Shown here: in pieces, positions 28,692 through 38,008 of the stretch
How the letters are laid out: every line of letters starts with the position of its first letter
Numbering within the stretch: position 1 is the stretch's first letter
Assembly (NCBI GenBank): GCA_963757355.1
Contig: CAVWRG010000003.1
Span: 2,465,550 to 2,529,549, forward strand
Origin: an uncultured Acidobacteriota bacterium
GTDB lineage: Bacteria; Acidobacteriota; Vicinamibacteria; Vicinamibacterales; CAVVIG01
Direction of reading: 5' to 3'
Length of the DNA stretch: 64,000 nt
Position numbers and translations under genes: made by a program
The notes under the pieces: generated by a model
Database searches by the model: none
Seen by the model: the letters and a program-made list of their open reading frames with translations, nothing else
What the model was told of the DNA's origin: nothing

Positions 28692-31342
28692 ACCCCTTCG
28701 TACAGGTCGCCGGCTGGACGCTGATCCACTTCCTCTGGCAGGGCGCCATTGCGGCGCTCCTGACGCGCACCGCGCTGGGGCTGGCGCGTCACCGATCAGG
28801 ACACGTTCGTTACTTGATCGCGTGCGCAGGTCTGGCGGTAGCGCTCGCCATGCCGGCTGCGACCGCCGCTCTGCTCCTGCCGGCGGAGTCCGCGGGCGCC
28901 GGCGTCTCCCTCGACGCAGCGGCTACACCGAGCGAGTCGCCATCGCACCGGTATACAAGCGACGCGGCCGCCGCGATTGGCGCGCAGCTCGAGACGCTGA
29001 ATGCGTCAGCGGTCGCGGTCGTCCGCGGCAGCGCGAGTCGCGCTGCCGATGTGATGCGCGGCATCGTGATCTTCTGGGTCATCGGCGTGGCGCTTCTCCT
29101 GGGCCGCATGGCCGCCGGCTGGTGGCAGGTTCGCGAGCTGCATCAGCTCGCGCTCGAGACGCCGGCCTCGGAATGGCAGCAGGCGTGCGCGCGCATCGGA
29201 TCGCGTCTTGGCCTCGCGCGCCTGGCGCACGTCGTCGAGTCGGCCGTCGTGGAAGTGCCGACCGTCGTCGGCTGGCTCCGGCCGGTGATCATCCTGCCGG
29301 TCGCCGCGATCGCCAACCTGACGCCGTCGCAGGTGGAAGCGATTCTCGCGCACGAGCTCGCGCACATTCGCCGGTACGATTATCTGGTCAACCTCTGTCA
29401 GACGCTGGCCGAGACGCTGCTGTTCTACCACCCGGGCGTGTGGTGGATGTCGTCGCGCATCCGCATCGAGCGCGAGCACTGCTGCGACGAGATCGCGGTC
29501 GCGATCTGCGGCGATGCGATCGGCTACGCCGAAGCGCTCACCGAGCTGGAATCGTGGCGCACCGTGTCGACGACGATGGTGCTCGCCGCGACCGGTGGAT
29601 CGCTGCTCGATCGTGTGCGGCGGATTCTGCGCGTGCCGGCCGCCGACGAGGCGCGATCGTCGAGCTGGCTCGCGACGTTGATGCTGACCCTGCTGTTCAC
29701 CGCCGGCGCAGGTGGCGTCCAGCGGCTGCCCGTGATGATGTCAGGCGTCAGCGCGCGCGCCGCGGCGATCGTCTCGGGGTCCATCGGTGCGTCGGCGCCT
29801 GACGCGACCCGGCACGAAGCAGCGGCGTCATCGCCGCGCTCGCCCCGAGCCGATGTGCCCGTCAGTGCATCGCGCACCGGTATCGTGACTACTGTGTCGG
29901 GCGCGCAGGACGCGCCCGTTGCGGACGCGCAGAATGTGCCGACGCCGGGCGCGCCGCAGACACCTGAGTCGCCTGATCCGTCGGATGCACAGGACTACTG
30001 GCCGCAGCCGCCAGCGCCGCCGTTACCGCCTTCGCCGAGTGTGCCGCCGGCGCCTCCGGCTCCGCCCGCGCCTCCGGCTCCGCCCGCAGCCGAAGCGCGC
30101 GGTTTAGCTGCACCGCCCGCGCCACCCGCGCCACCCGCTCCGCCTGCGCCGCCTGCGCCTCCCGCGGCGCCAAGTGGCAGCCACTTCTCGCTGTCGGGCG
30201 ACAACGGCGACTGGCACATGCGGTGGTCGGGCGACGGCCAACGCATGGACGTGCAGGCGCACGGCGACGTGACGTTCAACGACGACCTCACCGACGTGCA
30301 GACGATGGCGGATGGCAGCTATCTGAAAATTCGTGATTGGACGTCGATCATCCCGCACACCGTGGAGATCACGTCGGCCGGCGGAAAACTCTCGCGCGCG
30401 TACTTTGTCGGCGGCGCCTCGCGTCCATGGGACGAAGACGCGCGCCGGCTGCTCGCGACCGACATCTCGCTGCTGGTGCGCCGCTCCGGGATGTTTGCCG
30501 ACGCGCGCACTCGAACAATCCTTGAAAAGAAGGGCGTCGCGGGTGTCCTCGAGGAAATCGATCGGCTCGAGGGCGATTTTGTCCGACGCGTCTATTTTCA
30601 GGCGCTGGTGAAGCAGGCGCCGCTCGACGCAACCACCGTGCTCCCCGTGCTGGCGAAGATGAACCAGCGCATGACGTCCGACTTCGATCGACGCGAGATC
30701 CTCACGGCGATTGCACGTGCAGTGACGCTGGACGCACGGGCGGCCGCTGCCTACATGCAGGCGACCGGACCGATGAAATCCGATTTCGACCGGCGCCAGG
30801 CGCTGTCGGCGGTGCTGGCCGTCAAGCCGTTGCCGGCGGGCGTGGCCGATCTCGCGCTGCGCGCAACGACCGATATGCACTCGGACTTCGATCGCCGCCA
30901 GGTGTTTCACGCGGCGCTCGCCGGCGGCGCGTCGGTCGAGCGCGCAGACGCATGGCTTCCCGCGCTCGCGTCGATGCACTCGGCCTTCGACAAGCGCGAA
31001 GTGCTCCTGGAGCTGATCCGCACCGGTTCGCTCGGCGTGGACGCGAAGCGCGGCGTGCTGCAAGCGGCCGGCGAGATCACGTCCGACTTCGACAAGCGCA
31101 TGGTCCTCACCACGTTCGCGCAGACCTACGGCGTCGATCAGACGACGCGGGACGCGTATTTCGCAGCGGTGAAAACGATGCGGTCGGACTTCGATCGCGC
31201 CGAAGCGCTCCTCGTGCTGGCGAAATCGACGGCAATGGACGCGTCGATGCGGCCCGCTTTCGTCGAGGCGGCCCAGGGGCTGAGATCGACGTTCGATCAG
31301 AATCGCGTGCTGGCAGAGCTCGTCCGATCGGAAAAGCGTTAG
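28688..31342 (+). CDS. BlaR1-like M56 family metallopeptidase/sensor with repeat-containing C-terminal domain
   Basis: ATG 28688 gives MNPFVQVAGWTLIHFLWQGAIAALL with several TM segments. HEXXH is present (ILAHELAHIRRYD). A Pro-rich tract (PPAPPAPPAP) precedes ~8 repeats with an SDFDRR core. Confidence 0.85.
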   Translation: MNPFVQVAGWTLIHFLWQGAIAALLTRTALGLARHRSGHVRYLIACAGLAVALAMPAATAALLLPAESAGAGVSLDAAATPSESPSHRYTSDAAAAIGAQLETLNASAVAVVRGSASRAADVMRGIVIFWVIGVALLLGRMAAGWWQVRELHQLALETPASEWQQACARIGSRLGLARLAHVVESAVVEVPTVVGWLRPVIILPVAAIANLTPSQVEAILAHELAHIRRYDYLVNLCQTLAETLLFYHPGVWWMSSRIRIEREHCCDEIAVAICGDAIGYAEALTELESWRTVSTTMVLAATGGSLLDRVRRILRVPAADEARSSSWLATLMLTLLFTAGAGGVQRLPVMMSGVSARAAAIVSGSIGASAPDATRHEAAASSPRSPRADVPVSASRTGIVTTVSGAQDAPVADAQNVPTPGAPQTPESPDPSDAQDYWPQPPAPPLPPSPSVPPAPPAPPAPPAPPAAEARGLAAPPAPPAPPAPPAPPAPPAAPSGSHFSLSGDNGDWHMRWSGDGQRMDVQAHGDVTFNDDLTDVQTMADGSYLKIRDWTSIIPHTVEITSAGGKLSRAYFVGGASRPWDEDARRLLATDISLLVRRSGMFADARTRTILEKKGVAGVLEEIDRLEGDFVRRVYFQALVKQAPLDATTVLPVLAKMNQRMTSDFDRREILTAIARAVTLDARAAAAYMQATGPMKSDFDRRQALSAVLAVKPLPAGVADLALRATTDMHSDFDRRQVFHAALAGGASVERADAWLPALASMHSAFDKREVLLELIRTGSLGVDAKRGVLQAAGEITSDFDKRMVLTTFAQTYGVDQTTRDAYFAAVKTMRSDFDRAEALLVLAKSTAMDASMRPAFVEAAQGLRSTFDQNRVLAELVRSEKR

Positions 31343-31392
31343 AGCACCTTTCGAACCACCTATCGCCGCACGTTCTCCTTTACAATTGCCGC

Positions 31393-32193
31393 GTGCCCAC
31401 CGCCGGCCGCTTCCGTTATCTTGATGCACCGCCCACCGGAGCGTCACGCGCGCGCGGCGCGCTGGTGCTCCTTCATGCATTTCCCCTGACCGCGCGGATG
31501 TGGGAACCGCAGCTCGCGCTTGCCGGGCAGGGCTGGCGGGTGATCGCTCCGCAGCTGCGCGGCTTCGATGATGCCGATCACGATTCGCCGGCTTCGTCGG
31601 TGGACGATTTCGCGGGCGACATCATCGATCTGCTCGATCGGCTTCACATTCATGAGGCGGTGATTGGCGGCCTGTCGATGGGCGGCTATGTGGCGCTCGC
31701 GATGTTTCGTCATGCGCCGCGATACTTTCAGGGGCTCGTGCTCGCGGACACGCGCGCCGATGCCGACTCGCCGGCGGCCGTCGAAGGGCGCCAGCGCATG
31801 CTGACGCTGGTGCGGACCCAAGGGTCCTCGGCCGTGGCGGACGAGATGATTCCGAAGCTGCTCGGCGACACCACGCGCGCGCAGCGTCCCGAGATCGTCG
31901 AGCGCGTGCGGTCGCTGGTGCTGGCGAACTCGAGCGCGGCAATCGCGGGCGCGGTGACGGCGCTGATGACGCGTCCTGATTCGACGCCGCTGCTGGAGAG
32001 GATTCACTGTCCGACGCTGGTCCTCGTGGGAGACGAAGACGTCGTGACGCCGAGGCCGCTCAGCGAGGCGCTGCACGCGGGCATCGCCGGATCCACGCTC
32101 GCGTCGGTACCGGTTGCAGGCCATCTGTCGAGTCTGGAGCAGCCGGGTGCGTTCAATGAGGCGCTCGGGCGATTTTTGGAGCACAGGATATAG
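31393..32193 (+). CDS. Alpha/beta hydrolase
   Basis: GTG 31393. Motifs are ...LVLLHAFPLTARMWEPQ... and the nucleophile elbow GGLSMGGYVAL, with a C-terminal ...VAGHLSSLEQP. Confidence 0.8.
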   Translation: MPTAGRFRYLDAPPTGASRARGALVLLHAFPLTARMWEPQLALAGQGWRVIAPQLRGFDDADHDSPASSVDDFAGDIIDLLDRLHIHEAVIGGLSMGGYVALAMFRHAPRYFQGLVLADTRADADSPAAVEGRQRMLTLVRTQGSSAVADEMIPKLLGDTTRAQRPEIVERVRSLVLANSSAAIAGAVTALMTRPDSTPLLERIHCPTLVLVGDEDVVTPRPLSEALHAGIAGSTLASVPVAGHLSSLEQPGAFNEALGRFLEHRI

Positions 32194-32227
32194 TCGTCAG
32201 TCGTCAGTCGCAAATCTCAGTCGTCAG
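32192..32227. repeat. Short heptamer array (AGTCGTC units)
   Basis: AGTCGTC AGTCGTC AGTCGCA AATCTC AGTCGTC between the hydrolase stop and the next start. Confidence 0.6.
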
Positions 32228-32229
32228 AG

Positions 32230-33066
32230 GTGCTCATGCGTCGGGTTGTGGTGATTGTCCTGCTGGGTTTGTTCGCGATCGCGGCGCCGCGCGCGCAGGA
32301 GCCGGCGGCTGAGTCCGCGCGCCGCACGGTCTACGATCAGATCCTCGATCTGAATGTTCGCGACGGCTTCGTGTACTACCGGGCGTTGAAGGGCGAACGG
32401 GCGAAGCTCGATGGCTACGTCACGCAGCTCGGCAGCGTGGCCATCGACAAGGAATCGCGCGACGCACAGATCGCGTTCTGGCTCAACGCATACAACGCGC
32501 TGGTGCTCAAGACGGTCGTCGATCACTATCCCATTCAGGGGCATTCCACCGAATATCCGGGCCGCAGCATCCGCCAGATTCCCGGCGCCTTCGATCGGCT
32601 GCAGCATCGCGTTGCCGGACGCATGCTGACCCTCGACCAGATCGAGCAGACCGTGCTCCAGACCTTCCAGGATCCGCGTCTGTATCTCGCGATCGGCCGC
32701 GGCGCGGTGGGCGGCGGCCGGCTCCGCAGCGAAGCCTTCCAACCGGCTCGTCTCGAGGCGCAGCTCACTGAAGTGGCCAACGAATGCGCCAGCCGGTCGC
32801 AGTGCATCCAGATCGACCGCGGGCAGAACAAGGTGTCGGCGAGCGCGATCTTCTCGTGGCGCGAGAAAGATTTCGTCGCCGCATACGCCGATGCGGCGCC
32901 GGCGCCATTCGCGGATCGCAGCCCAATCGAGCGCGCGATTCTCGCGTTCGTCCAGCCGCGGCTGCTGACGACCGAGAAAGAGTTCCTCGCCAAAAATCAG
33001 TTCCAGGTCACCTACAGCTCGTTCGACTGGACGTTGAACGATCTCACCGGCCGCGGCGGCCGGTGA
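32230..33066 (+). CDS. DUF547 domain protein, secreted
   Basis: Signal peptide VVVIVLLGLFAIAAPRAQE followed by ...IAFWLNAYNALVLKTVVDHYP..., the DUF547 hallmark. Confidence 0.75.
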   Translation: MLMRRVVVIVLLGLFAIAAPRAQEPAAESARRTVYDQILDLNVRDGFVYYRALKGERAKLDGYVTQLGSVAIDKESRDAQIAFWLNAYNALVLKTVVDHYPIQGHSTEYPGRSIRQIPGAFDRLQHRVAGRMLTLDQIEQTVLQTFQDPRLYLAIGRGAVGGGRLRSEAFQPARLEAQLTEVANECASRSQCIQIDRGQNKVSASAIFSWREKDFVAAYADAAPAPFADRSPIERAILAFVQPRLLTTEKEFLAKNQFQVTYSSFDWTLNDLTGRGGR

Positions 33067-33096
33067 CGAACGTTCAGCTAACTTCACCGTGCGTTC

Positions 33097-33186
33097 ATCA
33101 CGAAGAGACGAAGAACACGAAGAACACGGAGTCGTCTTTTGAAAAAGCGCTCTTCGTGGACTTCGTGCCCTCCGTGACTCCGTGAT
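33097..33186. repeat. Inverted tandem-unit hairpin, CACGAAG family
   Basis: ATCACGAAGAGACGAAGAACACGAAGAACACGGAGTCGTC - loop - CTCTTCGTGGACTTCGTGCCCTCCGTGACTCCGTGAT. Confidence 0.8.
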
Positions 33187-33206
33187 AAGCGGCCGATCAA
33201 ATCACT

Positions 33207-33986
33207 ATGGATCTCGAGATCTCCGGAAAGGTCGCGATCGTCACCGGCTCGAGCCGCGGCTTGGGGCTTGCCACCGCGGCGGCGCTCCTTCGCGAAGGGT
33301 GCCGCGTCACGATTTGTGCCCGCCACGAGCAGCGGCTCGCTGACGCCGCTGCCGACCTGCGGGCGCTCGCGCCGACGAGCGGCCACCTGTTGGCCGTCGC
33401 GGCCGATCTGGCCACGGCCGGCGGCGTCGAAGCCGTGGTGACGCGCACGGTCGACACCTTCGGCGGCCTCGACATCCTCGTCAACAACGTCGGGCTCGGC
33501 AAGGGCGCGGGGATCGCCGACACCAGCGACGCCGAGTGGCAGGAAGCGTTCGACCAGACGCTGTATCCGGCGGTTCGCGCCTCGAGGCTCGCCGTGCCGC
33601 ACATGCGGCGCCGCGGCGGCGGCTCCATCGTGATGATTGCCTCGATTTACGGCCGCGAGTCTGGCGGGCGGATGACCTATAACGCCGTGAAAGCCGCGCA
33701 GATCAGCCTCGCCAAGGCGATGGCCCAGCAACTGGCGCGCGACAACATCCGCGTCAACAGTGTGGCGCCAGGGTCGATTCTCTTTGCGGGAGGGTCGTGG
33801 GATCGGCGCGTTCAGGACGATCCAGAGGGGATGGCCGATTTCGTGCGGCGGGAGCTGCCGTTCGGGCGGTTCGGCCGCCCCGAAGAGGTCGGGGCGGTCG
33901 TCGCGTTTCTGGTCTCGCCGCGTGCGAGTTGGATCAGCGGAGCTAGTGTGCCCGTTGACGGCTGCCAGTCACGCTCCCAGATCTGA
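33207..33986 (+). CDS. SDR family oxidoreductase (FabG-like)
   Basis: GKVAIVTGSSRGLGLATA (TGxxxGxG), NNVG, and the ...YNAVKAAQISLAK (YxxxK) catalytic motif. Confidence 0.9.
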   Translation: MDLEISGKVAIVTGSSRGLGLATAAALLREGCRVTICARHEQRLADAAADLRALAPTSGHLLAVAADLATAGGVEAVVTRTVDTFGGLDILVNNVGLGKGAGIADTSDAEWQEAFDQTLYPAVRASRLAVPHMRRRGGGSIVMIASIYGRESGGRMTYNAVKAAQISLAKAMAQQLARDNIRVNSVAPGSILFAGGSWDRRVQDDPEGMADFVRRELPFGRFGRPEEVGAVVAFLVSPRASWISGASVPVDGCQSRSQI

Positions 33987-34326
33987 TCTGCGGGTGCGTG
34001 TCTTCGCGATCGGTGTCGGTGCGGGAGCGGCCGCCTGAATGCCGCGTGCTCAAAATCGAGCGCCGCGCCACGCTGGCGATCCGGCGGGGAACGGAAGGCC
34101 GGGCAGTTCGAAACCGGACCACGAACCCTTCGGGGTTCTCGAGTTCGGCCGTTTCGGGCTCACCGGTTGTCTCGGAGTGCAGAAAGAATCCTCGGCGCCG
34201 CACGCGCGGCTCGCATACAACCATCTTCAAGCCTCCTTCGCAAAGATCATTTGCCGGGTTGAAAAGAATAACAGCCGCTCCACGACGCGTCAACGACTTT
34301 GGCACCGATCGCGCGTAAAAAGATCG

Positions 34327-35679
34327 TCAGTCGCGACGCGCGCGGTCGCGAAAGACGATCGAGTACACCGGCACGCCGGAGAAGATGAGCGCAAACGTGA
34401 TGCTGGTCGACAGCGGTTGATTGATCAGCGCGTTGACGACGAAACCCACGACGGCCAGCACGAAGATCGCCGGCACGATCGGGTAGCCGATGGCGCGATA
34501 CGGCCGCGGCAGATCGGGGCGGAGACGGCGCAGCCGAAAAATCGCCGCGACGCCGAGCGCATAGAACGGCCAGATCGCCAGGACGAAGGTGTCGGTCAGC
34601 GCTTCGAAGCTTCGACTCAGCACGAGCACCATGCCGAGGAGGGCCGCGAGCAGAATCGCGACGTACGGCGTCCCGAATTGCGGGTGTACCCGCGCAATCC
34701 TCTCGAAAAACAGCCCATCGTCAGCCATCGCGAAGAAGACGCGGGGCGAGGCGAGCATGCTGCCGTTCAGGGAGCTGAACGAGGAGATCATCACGAACAT
34801 CGACACCAGGACGACGCCTGCGCGGCCGAACAGCGCGAACATGGTGTCGGCGGCGACGAGCCGCGACTGAGCCACTGTGCGAATGGGGTTCACGTAGAGG
34901 TACGCCGCATTGGTGGTCAGATAGATGGCGATGATCGCCAGCGTCCCGAGAATGATCGCGCGTGGGAGGTTGACCTGCGGGTTCTTGACCTCACCGGAGG
35001 CGAACGACAGATCGGCCCAGCCGTCGTACGCCCAGAGGATACTCACGAGCGCGAGCCCCATGCTGCCGACCGCGAGCGGCTCACCCGTACCGGTCGTCAG
35101 GTTCGCGAGGGTCGCCCCGTGGCTGCTGCCGATCGCCCACGCCGCGCCCGCGAGGAGCATCAGCGCGCCGAACTTCGCCCAGGTCGCGATGCCGACGATG
35201 AACGCGCCCAGACTGGTGCCGCGGATGTTGACGGCGGCGGCAAACGCAATCGCTGCGGCGGAGAGGCTCCGTGCGATTACGTAGTGCTCGATCGGATCGA
35301 CGCCGATGCTCCGCAGTAAATACTCGCCAAAGACGACAGCGATCCCGCCGAGCGCATTTGCGCGAATCAGCACGAGCTCGGACCACCCGAACAGAAATCC
35401 GGCCAGCCGGCCCCACCCTTCGCGCAGGTACGCGTAGAGGCCGCCCGTCTCCGGCAGCGCCGCCGCGAGCTCGCCGAGCGACAACGCGCCGCATAGCGTG
35501 ATCGCACCGCCGAGCACCCAGAGCAGCAGCATCGCGGCCGGGCTCGGCACCCGCTGCGCGATGCTGGCAGGCGTTCGGAAAATGCCCGAGCCGATTGTGA
35601 TGCCGACGACAAGGGCGACCGAGCTCCAGAGGCCCAGCGTGCGCGTGAGCTTCGGCGTGGGCGTGTCGGTAGTGGCCAT
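34327..35679 (-). CDS. Amino acid permease (APC superfamily)
   Basis: 450 aa with ~12 TM segments. N-terminal ...LGLWSSVALVVGITIGSGIF is typical of APC transporters. Confidence 0.9.
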   Translation of the reverse strand: MATTDTPTPKLTRTLGLWSSVALVVGITIGSGIFRTPASIAQRVPSPAAMLLLWVLGGAITLCGALSLGELAAALPETGGLYAYLREGWGRLAGFLFGWSELVLIRANALGGIAVVFGEYLLRSIGVDPIEHYVIARSLSAAAIAFAAAVNIRGTSLGAFIVGIATWAKFGALMLLAGAAWAIGSSHGATLANLTTGTGEPLAVGSMGLALVSILWAYDGWADLSFASGEVKNPQVNLPRAIILGTLAIIAIYLTTNAAYLYVNPIRTVAQSRLVAADTMFALFGRAGVVLVSMFVMISSFSSLNGSMLASPRVFFAMADDGLFFERIARVHPQFGTPYVAILLAALLGMVLVLSRSFEALTDTFVLAIWPFYALGVAAIFRLRRLRPDLPRPYRAIGYPIVPAIFVLAVVGFVVNALINQPLSTSITFALIFSGVPVYSIVFRDRARRD

Positions 35680-35729
35680 GTGGCCGGAAGGCTACCACGG
35701 GCCGGCCCCAGCCATTCGCGCCAATCAAA

Positions 35730-35870
35730 CCACGATGCCACGAAGGCGACGAAGCTCTCGAGTACACATTCTCGTGCGTATTGCGCGTCAGGCCACCGTC
35801 CGGTCTGAAGCCGACGGCGACGGACTTCTCATGTGCAAACCCGACTTCGTGAGCTTCGTGTTCTTCGTGG
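35730..35870. repeat. Inverted short-unit arms, CACGAAG family, with ~85-nt loop
   Basis: Left arm CCACGATGCCACGAAGGCGACGAAGCT (35730-35756). Right arm GACTTCGTGAGCTTCGTGTTCTTCGTGG (35843-35870). It lies in the divergent spacer. Confidence 0.65.
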
Positions 35871-35926
35871 TTGAGGATGGAGAACGGCACAAATCCTGAA
35901 CACGTTCGGGCGAAAAGGAGCCACTG

Positions 35927-36625
35927 ATGACTGCAGATGTGAACGTGGCCGGGGTGGAACGTTGGGCGTCGGCGCTCGGTGGTGCGGCGCTTGCGGCATA
36001 CGGCGTCAAACAGATGAAAGAAGAGCACTCGGTCGCGGGCGCAATGCTTGCCGCGGCGGGCGGCGCGCTGATTGCTCGCGGCGGTACGGGGCACTGTCCC
36101 GTGTACGCCGCGGCCGGATTCAATACAGCGGACAGCGACACCCGTGGCCGCCACGGTGTCGATGTGGAAGAGGTCGTCACGATCAACGCGCCGGCCGAGC
36201 GGCTCTTCGGCTTCTGGCGGGATTTCTCACAGCTGCCGGCCATCATGGCGCACCTCGTGTCCGTCCAGCAGATCGACTATCGCCGATCGCACTGGGTCGC
36301 CAAGGCGCCAGCCGGCCGTACGGTTCAGTGGGATGCCGAGATCATCAACGAGATCCCGGGTGAGCTGCTTGGCTGGCGCACGCTCGAAGGTGCGGACGTG
36401 GTCAGCGCCGGGTCCGTGCAGTTCAGGCGTGCGACAGGCGGACGCGGCACCGAGGTGCGCGTGCGTCTGCAGTACGACCCGCCGGCCGGCAAGGTCGGCG
36501 CAACCGTCGCGTGGATGCTGGGCCACGAACCGTCGCAGACGATCCGCGAGGATCTGCGGCGCTTCAAGCAGCTCATGGAAACCGGCGAGGTGCCAACCGT
36601 CGCTGGTCAATCCCGCGGCAATTAG
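35927..36625 (+). CDS. DUF2892 (YgaP-like) + SRPBCC cyclase/dehydrase family protein
   Basis: AAGGAG RBS. N-terminal ...[17 protein letters not shown]...[10 protein letters not shown], then ...[22 protein letters not shown]...[17 protein letters not shown]. Confidence 0.7.
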   Translation: MTADVNVAGVERWASALGGAALAAYGVKQMKEEHSVAGAMLAAAGGALIARGGTGHCPVYAAAGFNTADSDTRGRHGVDVEEVVTINAPAERLFGFWRDFSQLPAIMAHLVSVQQIDYRRSHWVAKAPAGRTVQWDAEIINEIPGELLGWRTLEGADVVSAGSVQFRRATGGRGTEVRVRLQYDPPAGKVGATVAWMLGHEPSQTIREDLRRFKQLMETGEVPTVAGQSRGN

Positions 36626-36656
36626 CCATCATCAACCGCGACTGACGGAGTGTGTT

Positions 36657-37841
36657 ATGAAAGCATTAGTCTGGCACGCGACCAATGACGTGCGCGTGGA
36701 GCGCGTCCCCGATCCGGCCATCCTGAATCCGCGGGACGCGATCGTCAAGATTACGACCACGGCCATCTGCGGATCCGATCTGCATCTGCTCGACGGTTAC
36801 ATTCCCACGATGCAAGCGGGCGACATTCTCGGCCATGAATTCATGGGTGAGGTCGTCGAAGTGGGCAAGGACAACACCAAGCTCTCGGTCGGCGATCGCG
36901 TCGTCGTTCCCTTCACGATCGCGTGCGGCCGGTGTTTCTTTTGCGAGAAGCAGCTCTGGTCGCTTTGCGACAACTCGAATCCGAACGCGTGGATGGCGGA
37001 GCAGCTCTATGGGTACAGCGCCTCGGGATTGTTCGGCTACTCGCACCTGACGGGCGGGTACGCCGGCGGACAAGCTCAGTACGCGCGCGTGCCGTTCGCC
37101 GACGTCGGCCCGTTGAAGATTCCAAACAGTTTGACGGACGAGCAGGTGCTGTTTCTCTCGGACATTTTTCCGACGGGATACATGGCGGCCGAAAACTGCG
37201 ACATCCAGCGCGGCGACACGATCGCGATCTGGGGCTGCGGACCCGTGGGGCAGATGGCGATCCGCAGTGCGTTCCTGCTCGGCGCCGAGCGCGTGATCGC
37301 CATCGACGATGTGCGGGAGCGAATGAAGCTGGCGGAGAGGGGCGGCGCCGAGGTCCTGAGCATGGCCGATGACAATGTGTTCGAGCGGCTGAAGGCGATG
37401 ACCGGCGGCCGCGGCCCCGACGCGTGCATCGACGCGGTCGGCATGGAAGCGCACGGCGCGACCCTCGATGCGTACCTCGACAAGCTGAAGGCCGCGGCGT
37501 TCCTCGCCACCGACCGGCCGAGCGCCCTGCGTCAGGCGATTCAGGCCTGTCGCAAGGGTGGCATCGTGTCGGTTCCCGGTGTGTACGGCGGCTTCCTCGA
37601 CAAGATTCCCTTCGGCGCCGCCTTCCAGAAAGGGCTCACACTCCGGATGGGCCAGACGCACGTGATGAAGTACATGCAGCCGCTGCTCGCGCGGATCGAG
37701 CGCGGCGAGATCGATCCGTCCTTCGTGATCACGCATCGCCTGCGCCTGGAGGATGCACCGAAGGCGTACCAGATGTTTCGCGACAAACAGGACGCGTGCA
37801 TCAAGGTCGTGCTGAAGCCGCACGGGGAGACAATTCATTAA
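36657..37841 (+). CDS. Zinc-dependent alcohol/formaldehyde dehydrogenase family
   Basis: ATG 36657 gives [20 protein letters not shown]...[12 protein letters not shown]...[12 protein letters not shown]...CGRCFFCE...[11 protein letters not shown]. Confidence 0.9.
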   Translation: MKALVWHATNDVRVERVPDPAILNPRDAIVKITTTAICGSDLHLLDGYIPTMQAGDILGHEFMGEVVEVGKDNTKLSVGDRVVVPFTIACGRCFFCEKQLWSLCDNSNPNAWMAEQLYGYSASGLFGYSHLTGGYAGGQAQYARVPFADVGPLKIPNSLTDEQVLFLSDIFPTGYMAAENCDIQRGDTIAIWGCGPVGQMAIRSAFLLGAERVIAIDDVRERMKLAERGGAEVLSMADDNVFERLKAMTGGRGPDACIDAVGMEAHGATLDAYLDKLKAAAFLATDRPSALRQAIQACRKGGIVSVPGVYGGFLDKIPFGAAFQKGLTLRMGQTHVMKYMQPLLARIERGEIDPSFVITHRLRLEDAPKAYQMFRDKQDACIKVVLKPHGETIH

Positions 37842-38008
37842 TTGGGAAGTTGGTGAGTTAGTGAGTTGGTGAGTTGGTGAGTTGGCGAGTTGGTAAGTTG
37901 GTAAGTTGGTAAGTTGCTAAGTTGGTGAGTTGACGGCTTGGCGAGTTGGCGATTTGGTGCATTGAATTCGCCAAATCACCAATTCACCAATTTACCAATT
38001 CACCAACT
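37842..38008. repeat. Largest inverted octamer array, TTGGTGAG family (~15 units forward, ~5 units reverse complement)
   Basis: GGAAGTTGGTGAGTTAGTGAGTTGGTGAGTTGGTGAGTTGGCGAGTTGGTAAGTTGGTAAGTTGGTAAGTTGCTAAGTTGGTGAGTTGACGGCTTGGCGAGTTGGCGATTTGGTG - CATTGAATT - CGCCAAATCACCAATTCACCAATTTACCAATTCACCAACTT. It occupies the entire spacer between convergent stops. Confidence 0.9.
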
